Notes under the pieces: model-generated | What the model was told of the DNA's origin: nothing | Seen by the model: only the letters and a program-made list of their open reading frames with translations | The model's database searches: none | Assembly: GCA_002189035.1 (NCBI GenBank) | Contig: NEEC01000019.1 | Coordinates: 186,001 to 250,000 of the forward strand | DNA length: 64,000 bases | DNA from: Utricularia gibba | Lineage: Eukaryota; Plantae; Magnoliophyta | Direction: 5' to 3' | Shown here: positions 49,078 to 62,516 of the stretch, one piece after another | Numbering within the stretch: the first letter of the stretch is position 1 | How the letters are laid out: every line of letters starts with the position of its first letter | Translations under genes and position numbers: made by a program

Positions 49078-50010
49078 TATGCTAATTGAATTTGAATTCA
49101 CCCTAATTAGATTCATTTCTTATTTTCTTAACAAACTTGGATAAATCCTTTAAGGGAGAATATGGGCATATCTAACTTAGAAATCACTTAGTAGTATACC
49201 AAGATTTAGAATCAGTTGTGTATGCATGAACTTTAACACATCAAGTACTAGGTACATTATGAAAGAAACAAATGGCATTGAACAATGGAGTACTTTGTGG
49301 ATGATAGTTTATAATCATAAAAGAGTTAGATACGTTATAAATTTATCAAATATAAAAAAAATATTTTTTGTGATACCACTCAATCATTGAGACAAGCACA
49401 TCATCATGTTAGCAAACAATGCAGATTTAATAAATCGGGTTTTTCCATGATTTCCATTGTTATTATCCGAACGCACACCCAAACCATGATACAAGTCTAT
49501 TTTTCTATTGAGTAGGCGTAATTTTTATGTTCAAATTTTTGTAATAATAAATGATAATATTTTATTCAAAAATATTTATAGAATCATCTCATTATTTGGT
49601 ATCATGAAAAGGTTGAAAATTTTAATTTTTGTTTTATAGCATGTTAAAAAACATATTTTGAATTTTACCATGTAACAGCATTAGTCATAAAGTCATTTCA
49701 CAATCATACAATATAAAAAAATATAAGGGATTGTAATACAAAGCATTTAACGAGATCGAGACCAGCCCCTTCTCGTACAGGCCGTGTTCCCAACGCTTGA
49801 CGACGGCGGAATACTTCAGGCTTGATCTTGTAGGCTTACTGCACGCAGTATTATTCTCAGTATTTTACTAATAAAAGACACAACCTGGGAAAACTGCTGC
49901 TTAGATGAGCATTCCGAAGTTTGAACTAAAAAAGGTATCTTGATTTAATGTCTGGAACATCACTGAAATAAAAATGGAACAAAGAGAATCAAACTGGCGA
50001 GTACAGCTGG

Positions 50011-51207
50011 TTAGTTCATCCTTCTGATAAGTTCATTGATGTAGTCCTCGCGGTTGCCAGCATCACCACCTTCCACGTAGTGATTTCTCTTCTTCTTCAG
50101 TCCACCTAGAGGAGCTTTTAGTTGGAATGGCCACAAGAAGTTGTTTGCATGCTTGAAGTGTGAACCGACAGTCACGATTTCATGGATGAGATCTTCCATA
50201 CAGATGATTCCATACTTGCCCAGAACCTGAAGTATCACATAAACGAGTTCCAAATACTAGAGCGTGCATGGTTGCAATAGTGCATCACAATGATTCATCT
50301 CCAAGTTTACAATGATGGTGAAATGACCATACGCTCATATGGTATATCAACCAACCTGTTCCACGATGGAGTTGTCGGTCAATGCAATCCTTTGCTTGTT
50401 TACTTTCCCATAACCTCTCTTGTAAATAAGTTCCTTGACGCTTTTGAGATTTGGGTAACTGGGAGTCAGGGGAGAAATTGGTTATTGCAAATTTACGTTA
50501 TTGAGAGAAACGTGCCAATGCTGAAAGTCAGCAGACTCTTACCCATAGGTGACATAAGGCTCAACTTTGTGCAACATGTTCAATGTAGCCTTGTTCACTT
50601 TTAGGAACACACCATTGAAAATCTGAAGAGAAAGTTCATGGCATTGAAGAGATAATCACAGTAAAATTACATATTTTATAGGAAGACTACCTGTCGCAGT
50701 CGCAGAAGCTGCAGAATCTTCTTGGTCCGTGGGTGCATAGCATTGATACTACAAGATTGATCCCGCAAAAAAGGCCACATATTTTTTATGAATGTTCAAA
50801 CAGAAGTAGTGAATTCCAGTAATCTGAGAGGCCTTACCCACGGATCCTGATGATGAACAAAAGCTTAGGTTCAGGACTAACATAAAATCCACCCTTCAAC
50901 CTGGCTTGACGTTTCAACTCAATCAGCTCTCGTTCCTTTACAAAATTAACATAGCAAAAGATTACAAACTAACAACGAGAAAAGAATAAAACAAGAAGCA
51001 AATATGAAATGTGGCATAATTCACCTGTTTCTCATACTCCCCAGCATACTCTTTTGCTTTCTTGACTATCAGCTTCCTGTTTAACGCTCTCTTTTTCTTT
51101 GCTTTCTCAAGCTCTTTGGCCTTAGCAAGGGCCCACTGTTCAGCCCTTTTCTGATTCTTCAAAACTGACTCTGGAACTATGGCGCTATCCGCAGCGACCG
51201 CGGCCAT
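50011..51207 (-). CDS. RPL7: 60S ribosomal protein L7 (uL30), 245 aa
   Basis: Coding exons 51207-51025, 50935-50838, 50748-50691, 50622-50543, 50458-50356 and 50226-50011, all GT-AG, total 738 nt. Contains [40 protein letters not shown] and [19 protein letters not shown]. 5'-UTR intron at 51208-51436. Confidence 0.98.
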
Positions 51208-51509
51208 CTGAACATCATGCGTATCATAGACATAAATGATAGCAGAATACATCAGCAAAAATACCTCAGATTTTCAGGTAAACATGAAAAAAAAAAAAAA
51301 AACTAGCAGAAAAATGCACAGCAAAATTGGTTTCAATACGCACGAGATAAATCAAGCGATCTGACGAACTCGAATAGATACCACAAGAAGGAGTCTTAAG
51401 GTGTTAAAACAGAGAAATTCATGTAAAGGAACAGACCTGAAGGTGTCGATGAGAAGATCGGCAAATCCCGGCGGCGCTGAAATACTCGTGGATGAGAGAA
51501 CCTCCACTG

Positions 51510-51734
51510 TTATAACTAACAAATATGTTGGGCTTTAGGGTTATTTGTTTGGGCCGTGTATTAAGGCTTCGGTGTGAGGCTCAATCATACACCCAATTCC
51601 CAAGTCATCCGGCCCGTTATTTAGGTCCGATCCGGTCACTCGTGTAAATTCACTGAAGCCGAGACGGGCATCCACGTCTGATTCTGTTATCGGTAGAAGC
51701 CATTTTCTTGAGATCATTTGATTCCATTACCTTG
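51510..51734. promoter_or_regulatory. Short bidirectional promoter with site II and telo-box-like elements
   Basis: TGGGCT at 51529, TTAGGGTT at 51535 and TGGGCC at 51550, between divergent RPL7 and the next gene. Confidence 0.7.
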
Positions 51735-52693
51735 ATGGCCATGTCTAGAATTCTCTCCAAATCTGTACAGGGAGCTCCATTCCGGCAACCGATGGCCCTA
51801 ATCAGCCACATGCGCCACCGATCAACAAAAACGCATCGCGGTCAGATCATCGAAGTGGACTTGTCTTCATCGCAGCAAGATTCAGGCGACTTAACCGCAG
51901 AGGTAATCGCTGTTGGAATCAAGAGGCTTGAGGACACGATTCAAGGGATAATAGTACGCCGAGCAGCCCCGGATTGGCTGCCTTTGCTACCTGGATCTTC
52001 GTATTGGGTGCCGGCGAGAACTTCCGTCTTGCGAAATCGTCACGCGGCGAGTTTGGTTGACGTGATTTGCAAATTGGGTTCCCCTGGCGAGGCGGGGAAT
52101 CTGAGTTTAACACAGGAGTTATCGGAGGACCAGCAGATGTCGCTGACGTCGAGTAAGGGCTGGCCTTCGTCAGCTGTGTTCATTGAAGGTGATGGTTTTC
52201 CCTGTAACTATTCACTTGATTTGGTTTATTTTCTGGGAATGGTTTTTTTTTTTTTTTTTTTGTGATGAAGTGCTATGCCCATTAAATGAAAAGCTTCCTG
52301 ACTTCCGATTTCCCTTGTCTTGTTTGTTTGAGTGATATGCAGCGGTGATTTCTCCATTTCTATATAGGTGATTGTCAATGCTTAAAAGTTCGAATTTTCT
52401 ATGTTTTTGTTGAACTTCAGATGCTTACTTGCAGTCACGTTGATGTAAGTGTTCCGCTTGTGACCGTAAAACTGTTGCTTTTGTATGAATAAACTGCTTG
52501 AGTGTTGAATTGCGCAAGGGATATAATATTAAAGCTAGAATCAAAATTATACTGCAGATTACTATTTTTCCAAATTTTTTACCCAGGCCCTTATGTTAAC
52601 CATGCTCATCGCTTCCCTATAGGAGCTTTACCTGTCCATCCAATTCCAGTTGTGGAACTGGAGGTGCTTCAAGACAACTCTGAGGAGGTGTAA
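51735..52693 (+). CDS. Conserved uncharacterised plant protein, probably mitochondrion-targeted (174 aa)
   Basis: Exons 51735-52188 and 52623-52693. The N-terminus is R/S-rich and presequence-like (MAMSRILSKS..HMRHRST); it carries the motifs IIVRRAAPDWLPLLPGSSYWVP and SKGWPSS. Confidence 0.85.
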
Positions 52694-53328
52694 ACATGAA
52701 GCTTTCTCCATCTGTTGGGTGAGCCATAGTTCTCCCCTACTAGTATGAATTATCGATCTCCATCTACTCCCTATGTTCACCCCACAGTTTCTGCGATTTT
52801 TCGTGCTCTCGAACGACACAGTGTTCCTCCTCATACTCGGTGAAACCTCCTGCGGTTTGTGTTGTTTGTGACGCTGTAAATATCAGGTGTAACAAGAGAA
52901 CCAGGGTGAAGGAAGAACAAACTGGCAGATGCAACTCTTTCCTGGCATCTGCTTCTGCATCATCTGAAGATAGATTGTCATGTATTTTACTGGAATTCAG
53001 TTGTTTCCTGTTTTTGATTTGTTAGTTTATCGAAGGTTGTAAAACACAGAATCTGCACTACTAATGTGAAGCTTTGAAAAGCAACATTGTCAATATAATG
53101 TACATTGTCCTCGAGTGGCTGTGCCTTTGTGGGTAGGCAAACGAGTCTCTTGACGTGGCGAAGTTGTATTGGTTGCCAATCGTGGAGCCACGTAGGGTTT
53201 CTTGTTGTCGATAACAGAAGAAAGGAAAAAAAACGGAAAGAGAAACTCGAGAAGTGAACGGAAAAACAGGCCAATCGCGCGAGAAATATTGAACTTTAGC
53301 TCTTCATTTTACCGCGGAGATCTTTGGA

Positions 53329-54829
53329 ATGGAGGAAGAGCGTGAATTTCAACCTTCGACCTCATCGTCGGAGCACAAATCTGTCTCTGAGAACTCTTTT
53401 AGTGGCCAGTCTCACGTACTGATTCTGTTTTTTTTTTTTTTTTCTGTTCAGTATGCTTTCATGAGTGGATGTTCTGTGATTCGAAATCTTTTTTAGGGAA
53501 GCAGCGTTTCTAATTGGTTTCGATTGCGGAATAGCGTACAAGGCTGATTTTTTAGATCCCGAGATTTTCTGGTTCTTCGTTTACCTAAATAAGTGTAGTG
53601 TTTTTCATACAGGTTCTTTTATCTGATGATTCGGGACTTCGAAACATTGATTTACCTCATCTCCCAATCCTATATCCTGTTCTTTTTCCTGGGTTAATGG
53701 ATCCCCAGCTTGACCAGGAGCAGATGAACCGAGGCCCTGGTCTTTACGCTCTTTCTGTTAATCCGTTTATGCACACGGCTATGGATTCCCGGACCGCTGC
53801 ACTTGTTCCTTTTACTTACAACTTGCCTACGTATGCTTCCTCCATTGTGATTGTTACAATTATGCTGGATTTTGTTAAAGAGTAAAGTATGCCTGAAGTA
53901 TAACAGAAGTGTGTGGTTTATTTAATCTGATGATCGAACAGGATTGTTGCCTGGTTTTGAATCGGTTGGCTGTGTTTAATCTCTACTGACTTATGCTTTC
54001 ACTGAACCTAAGAAATATGTTGGACTCATTTGAGTGGGCACACCAACATTGATACCTGGTGTTTCATCAGACAGCCTAGTTCCACGGGGAACAATGAGGA
54101 TGGAGGTGCTCAGGTGCGAGCTGGGGAGCAACCACGAGAGGAACAACAGGCTGGGCCGCAAAGACAAGTCGTGATTAGAAGAATTCAAATTGCTCTCCAG
54201 ATTGATTTATTTCTCATACTGAAATTGGCGGCAGTTATTTTCTTGTTCAACCATGATGGATCCCAACAAAGACTCGCCCTTCTGGTCTTTCTTGCTGTAA
54301 CTGTCTACCTGTAAGTACTAGTTACACGTACCTAGTGTTTTTTTAGAATCCCAGCTTCTAATGCAGTGTCTTTCATCAATGTACAATTTTAAATGCTGAG
54401 GGAGTCACTCAATTCTCCTTTTTTCCGGTGGCACAGGTACCAAACTGGAGCTCTCGCACCTTTGCTGCGATGGCTATCACAAGGCATGCAACAAGGTCCA
54501 GCTGCGCCTCCCCGGCCTCCTGCTGTAGGAGCACGAGGCAATGGAAATGCCGAAGGTATGATGTAAATCTGATTAGCTTTGTCTGGCGGTTTCCAACGAG
54601 GCTGGACCATGGAGTATGTCCTTAGAGTAAGCGATGATGATTTGCCATTCTCACTTGCTTTATAGGAGAAGGGAATCAGCAGAACAATGGTGCTCCAGAG
54701 AATGAACACCCTGGAGAAGCTCTGCAAGGGGAAGCGGGCAACCGATGGCTGGCGCTGGTGAAAGAGATAAGAATGTTCGTGTTTGGCTTCATCAGTTCAC
54801 TTCTCCCAGATTTTCATCACGTTGATTAG
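53329..54829 (+). CDS. EBS7: EBS7-like ER membrane ERAD factor (At4g29960-like), 275 aa
   Basis: Exons 53329-53415, 53613-53830, 54071-54310, 54437-54555 and 54666-54829, in frame (828 nt). Contains EQMNRGPGLYA, QIDLFLILKLAAVIFLFNHDGSQQRL, YLYQTGALAPLLRWLSQGM and VKEIRMFVFGFISSLLP. The ortholog name is from memory. Confidence 0.8.
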
Positions 54830-56284
54830 CCAAGTAGACGAACGCGTCTTGTAGTTCCGTGAAATGAGAGCTGTTTCTTTTGCTACGTGATTAAAATTAA
54901 TTTTTTTCGCTCTCGTGGTCCTCTGATGCGACTTGTCGGGGAGTTTTTACCAAATTCAACCATTGCAAAAATACTTAATTTCAAAACCCTTAACTGTGTA
55001 CATTTCATTTAGACCGTGGATCAGGATCACCCATCTTATTGTTTTTTTTTTTTTTCATTTTTGAATTTCTTTTTCGAAAACCATTCCGATCATTTAAAAA
55101 CTGTATTATTATCAAAAGTATATATATATTTTATAATAAATATGATTAAATATTTTTCTTTACAGTTTAATAATTATATGGATTTAAAAAATAAAATTCC
55201 ACTATATTATTTTTCAAATATAATACCAAAAATCAGTCAAATATATTATATTTTAAATTTTTTTAGATATTGCTTGTTCAACAAAGAAATGCAATTAAAT
55301 AATAATAAAAAAATCATTAATTTAAATAAAATCGAAAATCAAAATATATTATACATTCTTTTACAAATAATAAATGAAATAACACAAATATCATTTTTTA
55401 TTAAACCTCTTTATTTTAATATTTTTTGTTTAAAAACGCATATAATTCATTAATAAAAATTATTTAAAATTCAATAATTAAAAATACAACAATAAATCAT
55501 ATTTTTTTGTAAATATTATATTAAAATTCACAATTTTTTCTATTTTTATTTTTATATAAACACATGTATCATAATAAAAAAATTAAAATTTTTAAAAAAT
55601 GTATACTTATTGTAAATAAAAAACTAACTATCATCATTATAAAAAAAATAAATATGCCTCTAAAGTTTAAGATGATTATAATTATCTATTATAATTACCA
55701 TAAATGAAAATAATATAAAAATGATAATTAATTATTTATATCGATCATTGTAATCATTAATTACAATTAGAACAATTTCATACATCTTCATTATTTCATA
55801 ATTTCTATTACCTTACCATTATATATATTTTTTTCCACATCATATTTTTCTATTATATTTCTAATTATTAAATATCCATCACTTTATCTTCAATAATTAC
55901 GAGTTTTTTACCAAATATTAATAATAAAATAATTTATCACTTTATCTCATATTGCATTTCATATTTGAAATTAAAAAAATACAATTCTAATAATAAAATA
56001 ATTTCTAATTATTACTCAATTTAGATTAGATCTATCAAATTTAATAAAAATATGCTCCATCAAATCAATATTCATATGTCGATGCTCTACTTTATCTTGA
56101 GTTCGAATCACTAACCTATTATAATATTACATATCATTTGTTTTGCATCGTGTAAACTTTTAATGCTATCAAAAAATTTTGTATGCTCATATTCATCATA
56201 TGAGTTGTAGAATGAAGATCACAACAATACCGTTGATCATTTCTTTAAATCAGTTTCCTTGTTTTTACTTGTTTAAATACTTCC

Positions 56285-56530
56285 AAAGACCCAATTGTAG
56301 GAATTAATGAAGATGGACCAAGATTTTGGATACGTGTAAAAAAGGTATTTGATGAAGTCTCAAAAGATGTCTAGCATAAAAGAAATATATTCATTAATTC
56401 GAATGTCAATATATGCATGTCACATCTTTACATAGAAGTGGCTGAAATGATAAAAAAATATATGGAATTGGCATTGGGCGCTTATCATGTTGAGACCAAA
56501 TTTAATTTTAAATTTGATGATACCTAAAAA
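56285..56530 (+). pseudogene. PIF/Harbinger Myb/SANT-like ORF1 remnant in a very AT-rich interval
   Basis: KDPIVGINEDGPRFWIRVKKVFDE matches the Harbinger ORF1 KDPI.G..Q....FW.R pattern. Faint transposase traces may lie at ~56800-57900. Confidence 0.6.
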
Positions 56531-59500
56531 AAGCTTTGAGGATAACAAAAATAGATTCTAGTAAAATAATATTTTATTTCAATTTTATATATTTTCAAAT
56601 ATTTACTAATCGTTTTTTAGGTAGTATCTAATAAGAAATTCAAAAAACCTAAGTTGAAGTCTAGAAAAAAAATTTTACCAAAAAAATCCATGTCATTTTT
56701 ATCGCACACTCTCAATCGCAAGAGTTAAAAATGTCACAATTGAATTGGAGCTGATGTGAAGTTTTTCATGTACTTTTCCATATATTTAGGACATCGATGC
56801 GGTTGCGCTTATTAGATAGCATGCTTATAAATAATAATATATAATCTAATGCAAACTCTCAAATAATAATCAAAAGTATTCTAACATTATAATAAAATAA
56901 AAATAAGAATTACTTAATTAACGTTATATAGTACTCCTAATCTAGATGGTCTTTATTTATTGGAGTTTGACCAATACAAAAATCATGTATAAATGATGGT
57001 AAATCTGGTACATCTACATCTTATTCAAGAAAAATCTTCATCTTACCTACTTCTATCAAAGTTGAATTTCTTTTATAATTCATATGTTTCTAAAGGTAAG
57101 AAAATATTACATTGTCAACTTATTTAAGAACTATTAAAGTATAGTTTAAATTAAAAAAATAAAAGTTAACAAATGAAATTTTTTACTAAAATCATTACTA
57201 GATTTCTTATTTAATTCTATGGTGAATTATCTATCAATAAAGTGTTGCCATATGTACACCGATTATGAAAAGCATGATCCTCTAATATTTTTAACAAATC
57301 TTTCAACAAAACCATATTTACAGGCTTGTTGAAGATTTAAAGATTTATGGTGATTCATTTCGTTACATCTCATATAAATACCAGATTTGATATCCAACTA
57401 ATGATTTGAGTTCGTTGTACACTATTATAAAAAAAATAACATATAAAAACATAGATATAAAAAAGAAAATAATATTTGTATATTATTATCCACGTGAGTA
57501 TCCAAGTGCAACGTCGAAATGCTGAAGACACAATTTCATAAACTTCCTAACATTTGATCTTGTAAATATTGAAAATATAAATGTGTAAAGACAAGTCAAC
57601 CGATTACCAACTAACTAGATATCGTAAATGTGTGAAATAGTAAATAAATATCATACCCACTCTACTATAAATCCATTTATCGATATATCATTTGATAGAT
57701 GCTGATAAATCGAAAATAATATCTGTAAAAATGCCATTGATATCAAATACCACTATTTTCCGCACCATTAGACTATAACTACTTGATTCGTAAAAATAAA
57801 GTCATCTAAATTGATACTACATCAATTGTTGCTTCAATGACTCATTTTCAACTATCAAATCAATTATTTTGTTTCAATTATCATATCTTCTAATTAATCA
57901 TCAGTATTAATTTTATTTTAGTCATCCATATTATCAACTTTATTAATAATCTATTTTGTAATTTATTCAATTTAACCATTTTCCTAACTTACATTCAGTT
58001 TTTCCTAATAGTTCTATCGACTTCAAGATTGAATTCAAGATGTAAATGTATCGATTAAAAATACAAAACATGTAAACATTGCTTTCTTACAACAATGTTA
58101 ATTTAATATATAAAATTTTTAAGTGTTGTTTACTAAATTGCTAATTACTATATCAAATACATTTATAAATCCAATTTAATCAAAATCATTTTGAACACAG
58201 TAATAAATTGTTTATTATTGAGAATTAGTTATAATTCCCTACTACTTAAATTACTCTATAATGTTATATATTTATTTATTCTATTATTTACTTAAAATCT
58301 TTATTAATGTTGAGAAATCTCAAGAACATAATAACTAAAAAATATCTTAGATGATAATTAAATATGATAATATTAATTAATTCTAATGAAATACAATATT
58401 ATTCTTCATTTTTCTAACATATTTAATGAAAAAGATAGATTGTCTTCATCTTAAACTATGATTGTCAAAAAAACAAGTTGTAACATTTTTAATGATCATG
58501 AAATTTAAAAATGAAAAATAAATAATGTGACGAGCATTACGTCAATATCAAATAAAATTAGAAATGATAAAAGATTTTATCTTTATTTTAAGTAAAATTG
58601 ATATATTTCAAATAATTTTATATCAAATTTTATGAATGAATTTTTTTTTTATTGTAAGATAATTTAGTAAAATTGAGATTCATATCTATGCAAACATATC
58701 TAAAGAAAAAAAAGATTAATTTTCAAGCAATATCAATATGTAATTCAAAATTGCTAGTTGTATGCTATTTTTTAATGTTATTTACATTTGTAATTGTTGA
58801 TTTTACAGAATCTCTACATAAAAATTTTATTATAAGTATGATAAAGTATAATTATAAATTTGGTTTTCTATTTCTTTCACCAAAAAAGTATTAGTTAACT
58901 GATTTTGGATATAAAAATTATGTTCTTTTTTATATCATCATATAAAGATCAAATTTATCATTTAAAATAATATCATATGAATTTCCATTTGAGATTATCA
59001 AAGGATAATTTTAATCAATGTCATTTATAATTTCGTTAGTAATTGAAATATATTTTGGAATTCGGACAATAAAATTTTTTACAATTGCACAACTTCGCTA
59101 ATGAATTTTTTGAAAATATTAAGTTTTGATTATATTGGCAACAATTGACATCTTTAATTCTATACAGAAAATTTATCTAAATGATAAGAATTTCAATTAT
59201 TTTGAATCAAATCAATTAAATCAGAATCATAGTTTTTTTTCGATAAAATAGTAATAGATATATGAATATTATTTTGTATACAATTTGTATATCAATAATA
59301 TTAAATAGCTAATAATTTCATTTATAATGTTATTTTTAAATTATTTTGGTATTTATATCTTTAAATTTAATTTTTCATGAAAATATATTTATATTTAAAT
59401 AATAGATATTTGTAATTGAAAAAGTTAAAATGTTTTATTTATTTCAATGTATTTTAAAGTAATCATATGTTAATATGTGTTTAAAATTATTATATGTAAT

Positions 59501-60519
59501 ATTATTTAATAATAATGATTAAAATAGTATTTAACATAATAATAATATAAAATATTCAAACACTATTAACTTAATTTTAAAATTTTTCAGGTTAGTTTGA
59601 AAAAATGCATATTTAAAAAAAAACTAGTTGGTAAAATGCCTCAATTAAAAAAAACATTATCAAAATATATGTTTTTTTGTATAATATGAGTTATGATTAT
59701 TTAGCATTATGTAAGATTTCAATGTTATTTCATTGAATGAGTTGTAAAATCAATTCATTTCAAGTGAGTTGAATTGTAAAATAAGTTCATCACCCTTTCC
59801 CTCCATATTCCTCATTTTCTCCTTCATTTTCATTCTTTAGCTTTCAAATTGCATTTCAATAATGCTTCGATAATTCCTTCTCTCTAGATTATCTTGTTTT
59901 CTTGACCTCTAATCCAAACTTGACGTTCAATTACTTGATTCTCAAATCAATAGTCAAAATTACAATGAAATTTTATTTCAAAAAATCGATATTGGGTGAT
60001 TCATCAATCTATCATAAGTATATTTTAGAACCGATAAAAATCTTAACAATGAAATGAAACATTTTTTAGAATAAGCTATTGAAGACTTTTATAAAAGTGA
60101 GCTAAAAATCAAAGTAAATTTATGATAATGTTCAACTAGATGTCAAGTTTTATAACATTGTTTATTGCATTAAAGGTTATATTAATGTTTACGATTCAAT
60201 AGATCTTTCCTTCATTATGAACTCTAATAGATTTAACAATTAATAAATATATATACAAGACATGTACTTTCAAAACTTTTCTAATCTTGGGTATTTTGTC
60301 AATGACTTTTTATGAAATATGTATTTTACTAATTTTCCCAAATTTTTAATTCATATGTCAATCAAACGCTATCTACTTATAATTTACTTATAATTCTGTT
60401 AACTTTAAAATCGATTCTAATAAAAATAATACAAAACCCGCCCAATTGTATCCTGAATTCTGGTACTTTTTAACGTGGTTTTCCTATTTACTTGTTCGTG
60501 GGAATGAAGGAAAATAAAT

Positions 60520-60660
60520 CATGCGACGGGCCACCGTCGTGCTTATTTCGTGCAATATCTGGATTAGGGATTCATGAACTTAAAAGGCCTGCTGTTGATG
60601 TTATGATGGGCCACTTGCTGAGCCCGGTGTGTCTACAACAAAGCCCCATATCTGAGCGAG
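60520..60660 (+). promoter_or_regulatory. Site II-rich proximal promoter of the LYR gene
   Basis: GGGCCA near 60528, TGGGCC at 60607 and further GGCC/GCCC motifs upstream of the 5' UTR. Confidence 0.55.
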
Positions 60661-61008
60661 CAGCGGAGATACCCGATGACGAACGAAATCTCTGGTGCGA
60701 ATCGGAACCGTGGAAGGAGATCTGGATTGCAGTTCGCCGCGTGAATCCTATCTATCTCGCCGGATCATTCCAGGGCGCATTGATCTGATCTGCGCCGGGC
60801 AGGGCGGCGGATTCTTCAGGGTTTTTACAAATTCTTCAAGCTGAATCGAGTGGATGTTGAAGGTCTTGATTTATTCCAGCTTTTTGTCGAATTCCTCGGT
60901 TTCGATTCCTGATTTCGTAGTTTGATTTGTTATTGGTTGTGTTTTAAGTAAGGTGATCCATCTCCACGTGCGCCAATTACATACATTCATCGTCAAGTGT
61001 TTGATGAA

Positions 61009-61284
61009 ATGCCGCAAAGATTGTTATGGGCTACGGCGGAGGATCTAGCCAGCAACAGAGTCAAGGTGTTGTCCCTGTACCGTCGGATACTGAGGAGCCT
61101 GAATTCCCCTGAGCTGCAGCTGAACATGGCGGCGAGACTAGCAAAGAAAGCCGAGGTCCGTACCATTTTCCTGGTGGCGTCTGAAGAGCGATCAATTCAC
61201 AATATAGAAGACCTCATGGATACTGGGGAGTACGCCTTATCCCTTCTCCACAAGGGCCAGATCCCCAAGCCCTTTCATCTCTAA
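61009..61284 (+). CDS. LYR-motif (Complex1_LYR family) protein, 91 aa
   Basis: Single coding exon MPQRLLWATAEDLASNRVKVLSLYRRILRSLNSP..RLAKKAEVRTIF..EERS.HNI.DL..TGEYALSLL. Confidence 0.92.
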   Translation: MPQRLLWATAEDLASNRVKVLSLYRRILRSLNSPELQLNMAARLAKKAEVRTIFLVASEERSIHNIEDLMDTGEYALSLLHKGQIPKPFHL

Positions 61285-61930
61285 TTCACAATGTTCGAAA
61301 GAAACCCAAGATTCGGGCATGTGTTTGGTTCTACTCTTTTAAACACATTTTGATAAACGTTTTTAATACTAAAATTGATACTCGAGTTTGATTATAAAAC
61401 TATTTGTGAAAATATTATACAAGTTTCAAATATAAATTTAATGTGTGTTCAAATAGAAAATAAGGTACTCATCCACTTTTTTACCCTTTTACTTTCTAGA
61501 AAAAAAAAATTCAAGTATAATTTAGTAAGATTTTTCTCAGTAAAAAATTTCATACGAGTTCTTCTTTTTAATCACATCCTTTCCTCATCCATAAGTAATA
61601 TGAAATATCGTTATTCTAATTTTATAAAGGAAGCAAATCATGAAATAAAATTTTCAAAAGAATTTGAATTCGTCATTATTGGACCTGCACCAACCAAACA
61701 GGCTGCGAAAGGTATGGGCCTTACGTGGACCCCATTGCTCAGGCCCACTAAACTCCTATTTCAAAAATCCCAAGTCGAGGCGCCAAAAGCTTGCAGTTTT
61801 GAGTGCACAGACGCGCCCTGGTCCTACATTTATGCAGTGCCTTGGAACTGGTGAGCTGCTGCTATTACTCCTCTTCTTTCCTTTCCTTGCTATCTCTTTT
61901 TCTTTGTGTCAGTGTAATGCCTGCTGAGTG

Positions 61931-61952
61931 AGAGAGAGAGAGAGAGAGAGAG
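61931..61952. repeat. (AG)11 microsatellite in the TOR1L2 5' region
   Basis: Read directly from the sequence. Confidence 0.95.
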
Positions 61953-62344
61953 GAGAGGTTCGTAGTCTTGTCTTCTGAATACACCTTTGCCATAACTATA
62001 CGTTTGAATTTGAACGCAAGTAAAGCAGCCGATTAGCAGCATTTATGATCGGTTAAAGGTTTGTGCGATCTTCATCATCTTCTTCGTTTCCGACGTGCTT
62101 TTTGCTCTTCCGCGTCGGGTTCAAGGGTAGGCTATGCCCGTTTCGGGCCTCTGAGTTAATTCCGTGACGGAAAATTGTCTAATATTTAAAAGGAAGTTAC
62201 GTTATAGATTGATGTTTCTGTTTATTCTATATTTGGATATTGCAGATTTTGATGTTTTACGTTACTGCTTTATGATTTGCTTTTTTTTTTCATATTTTTT
62301 TCTGATGCTACAGGAGCAAAGGGTTTTGAAAAGCAGCTGAGGAT

Positions 62345-62395
62345 ATGGCGAATGGTAAAGTTGCGTCGATTGTAGGTGGGGATCAAGTAGTTTAA
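62345..62395 (+). promoter_or_regulatory. 16-codon upstream ORF paralogous to the TOR1L2 N-terminus
   Basis: MANGKVASIVGGDQVV* compared with the main ORF MANGKVTSRSGGHQAVF. Confidence 0.75.
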
Positions 62396-62516
62396 CTTCA
62401 TATCTTTGATGTGACTTGTTTCTTCGTTTTTTGATTTTGATGTTTTCACTTGAAGGTATGGGAGCAGGGGATTTTGAATTGAAACAGGAGTGAATCTAAA
62501 AAAGAAGCCGTAAAAT

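Noticed and set aside
56080-56120. tRNA/SINE B-box (GAGTTCGAATC)
   Set aside because: No A-box, cloverleaf or tail; likely chance or an unrecognisable relic.
54941-59642. MULE-like terminal inverted repeats (GAGTTTTTACCAA... / ...TTGGTAAAATGCCTC)
   Set aside because: Similarity is short and patchy in very AT-rich DNA, and there is no 9-bp TSD.
55016-61854. Long F/I/K/N-rich ORFs (55016-55453, 58673-58894, 61375-61854)
   Set aside because: Low-complexity AT-rich or promoter DNA with non-ATG starts and no domain signal.
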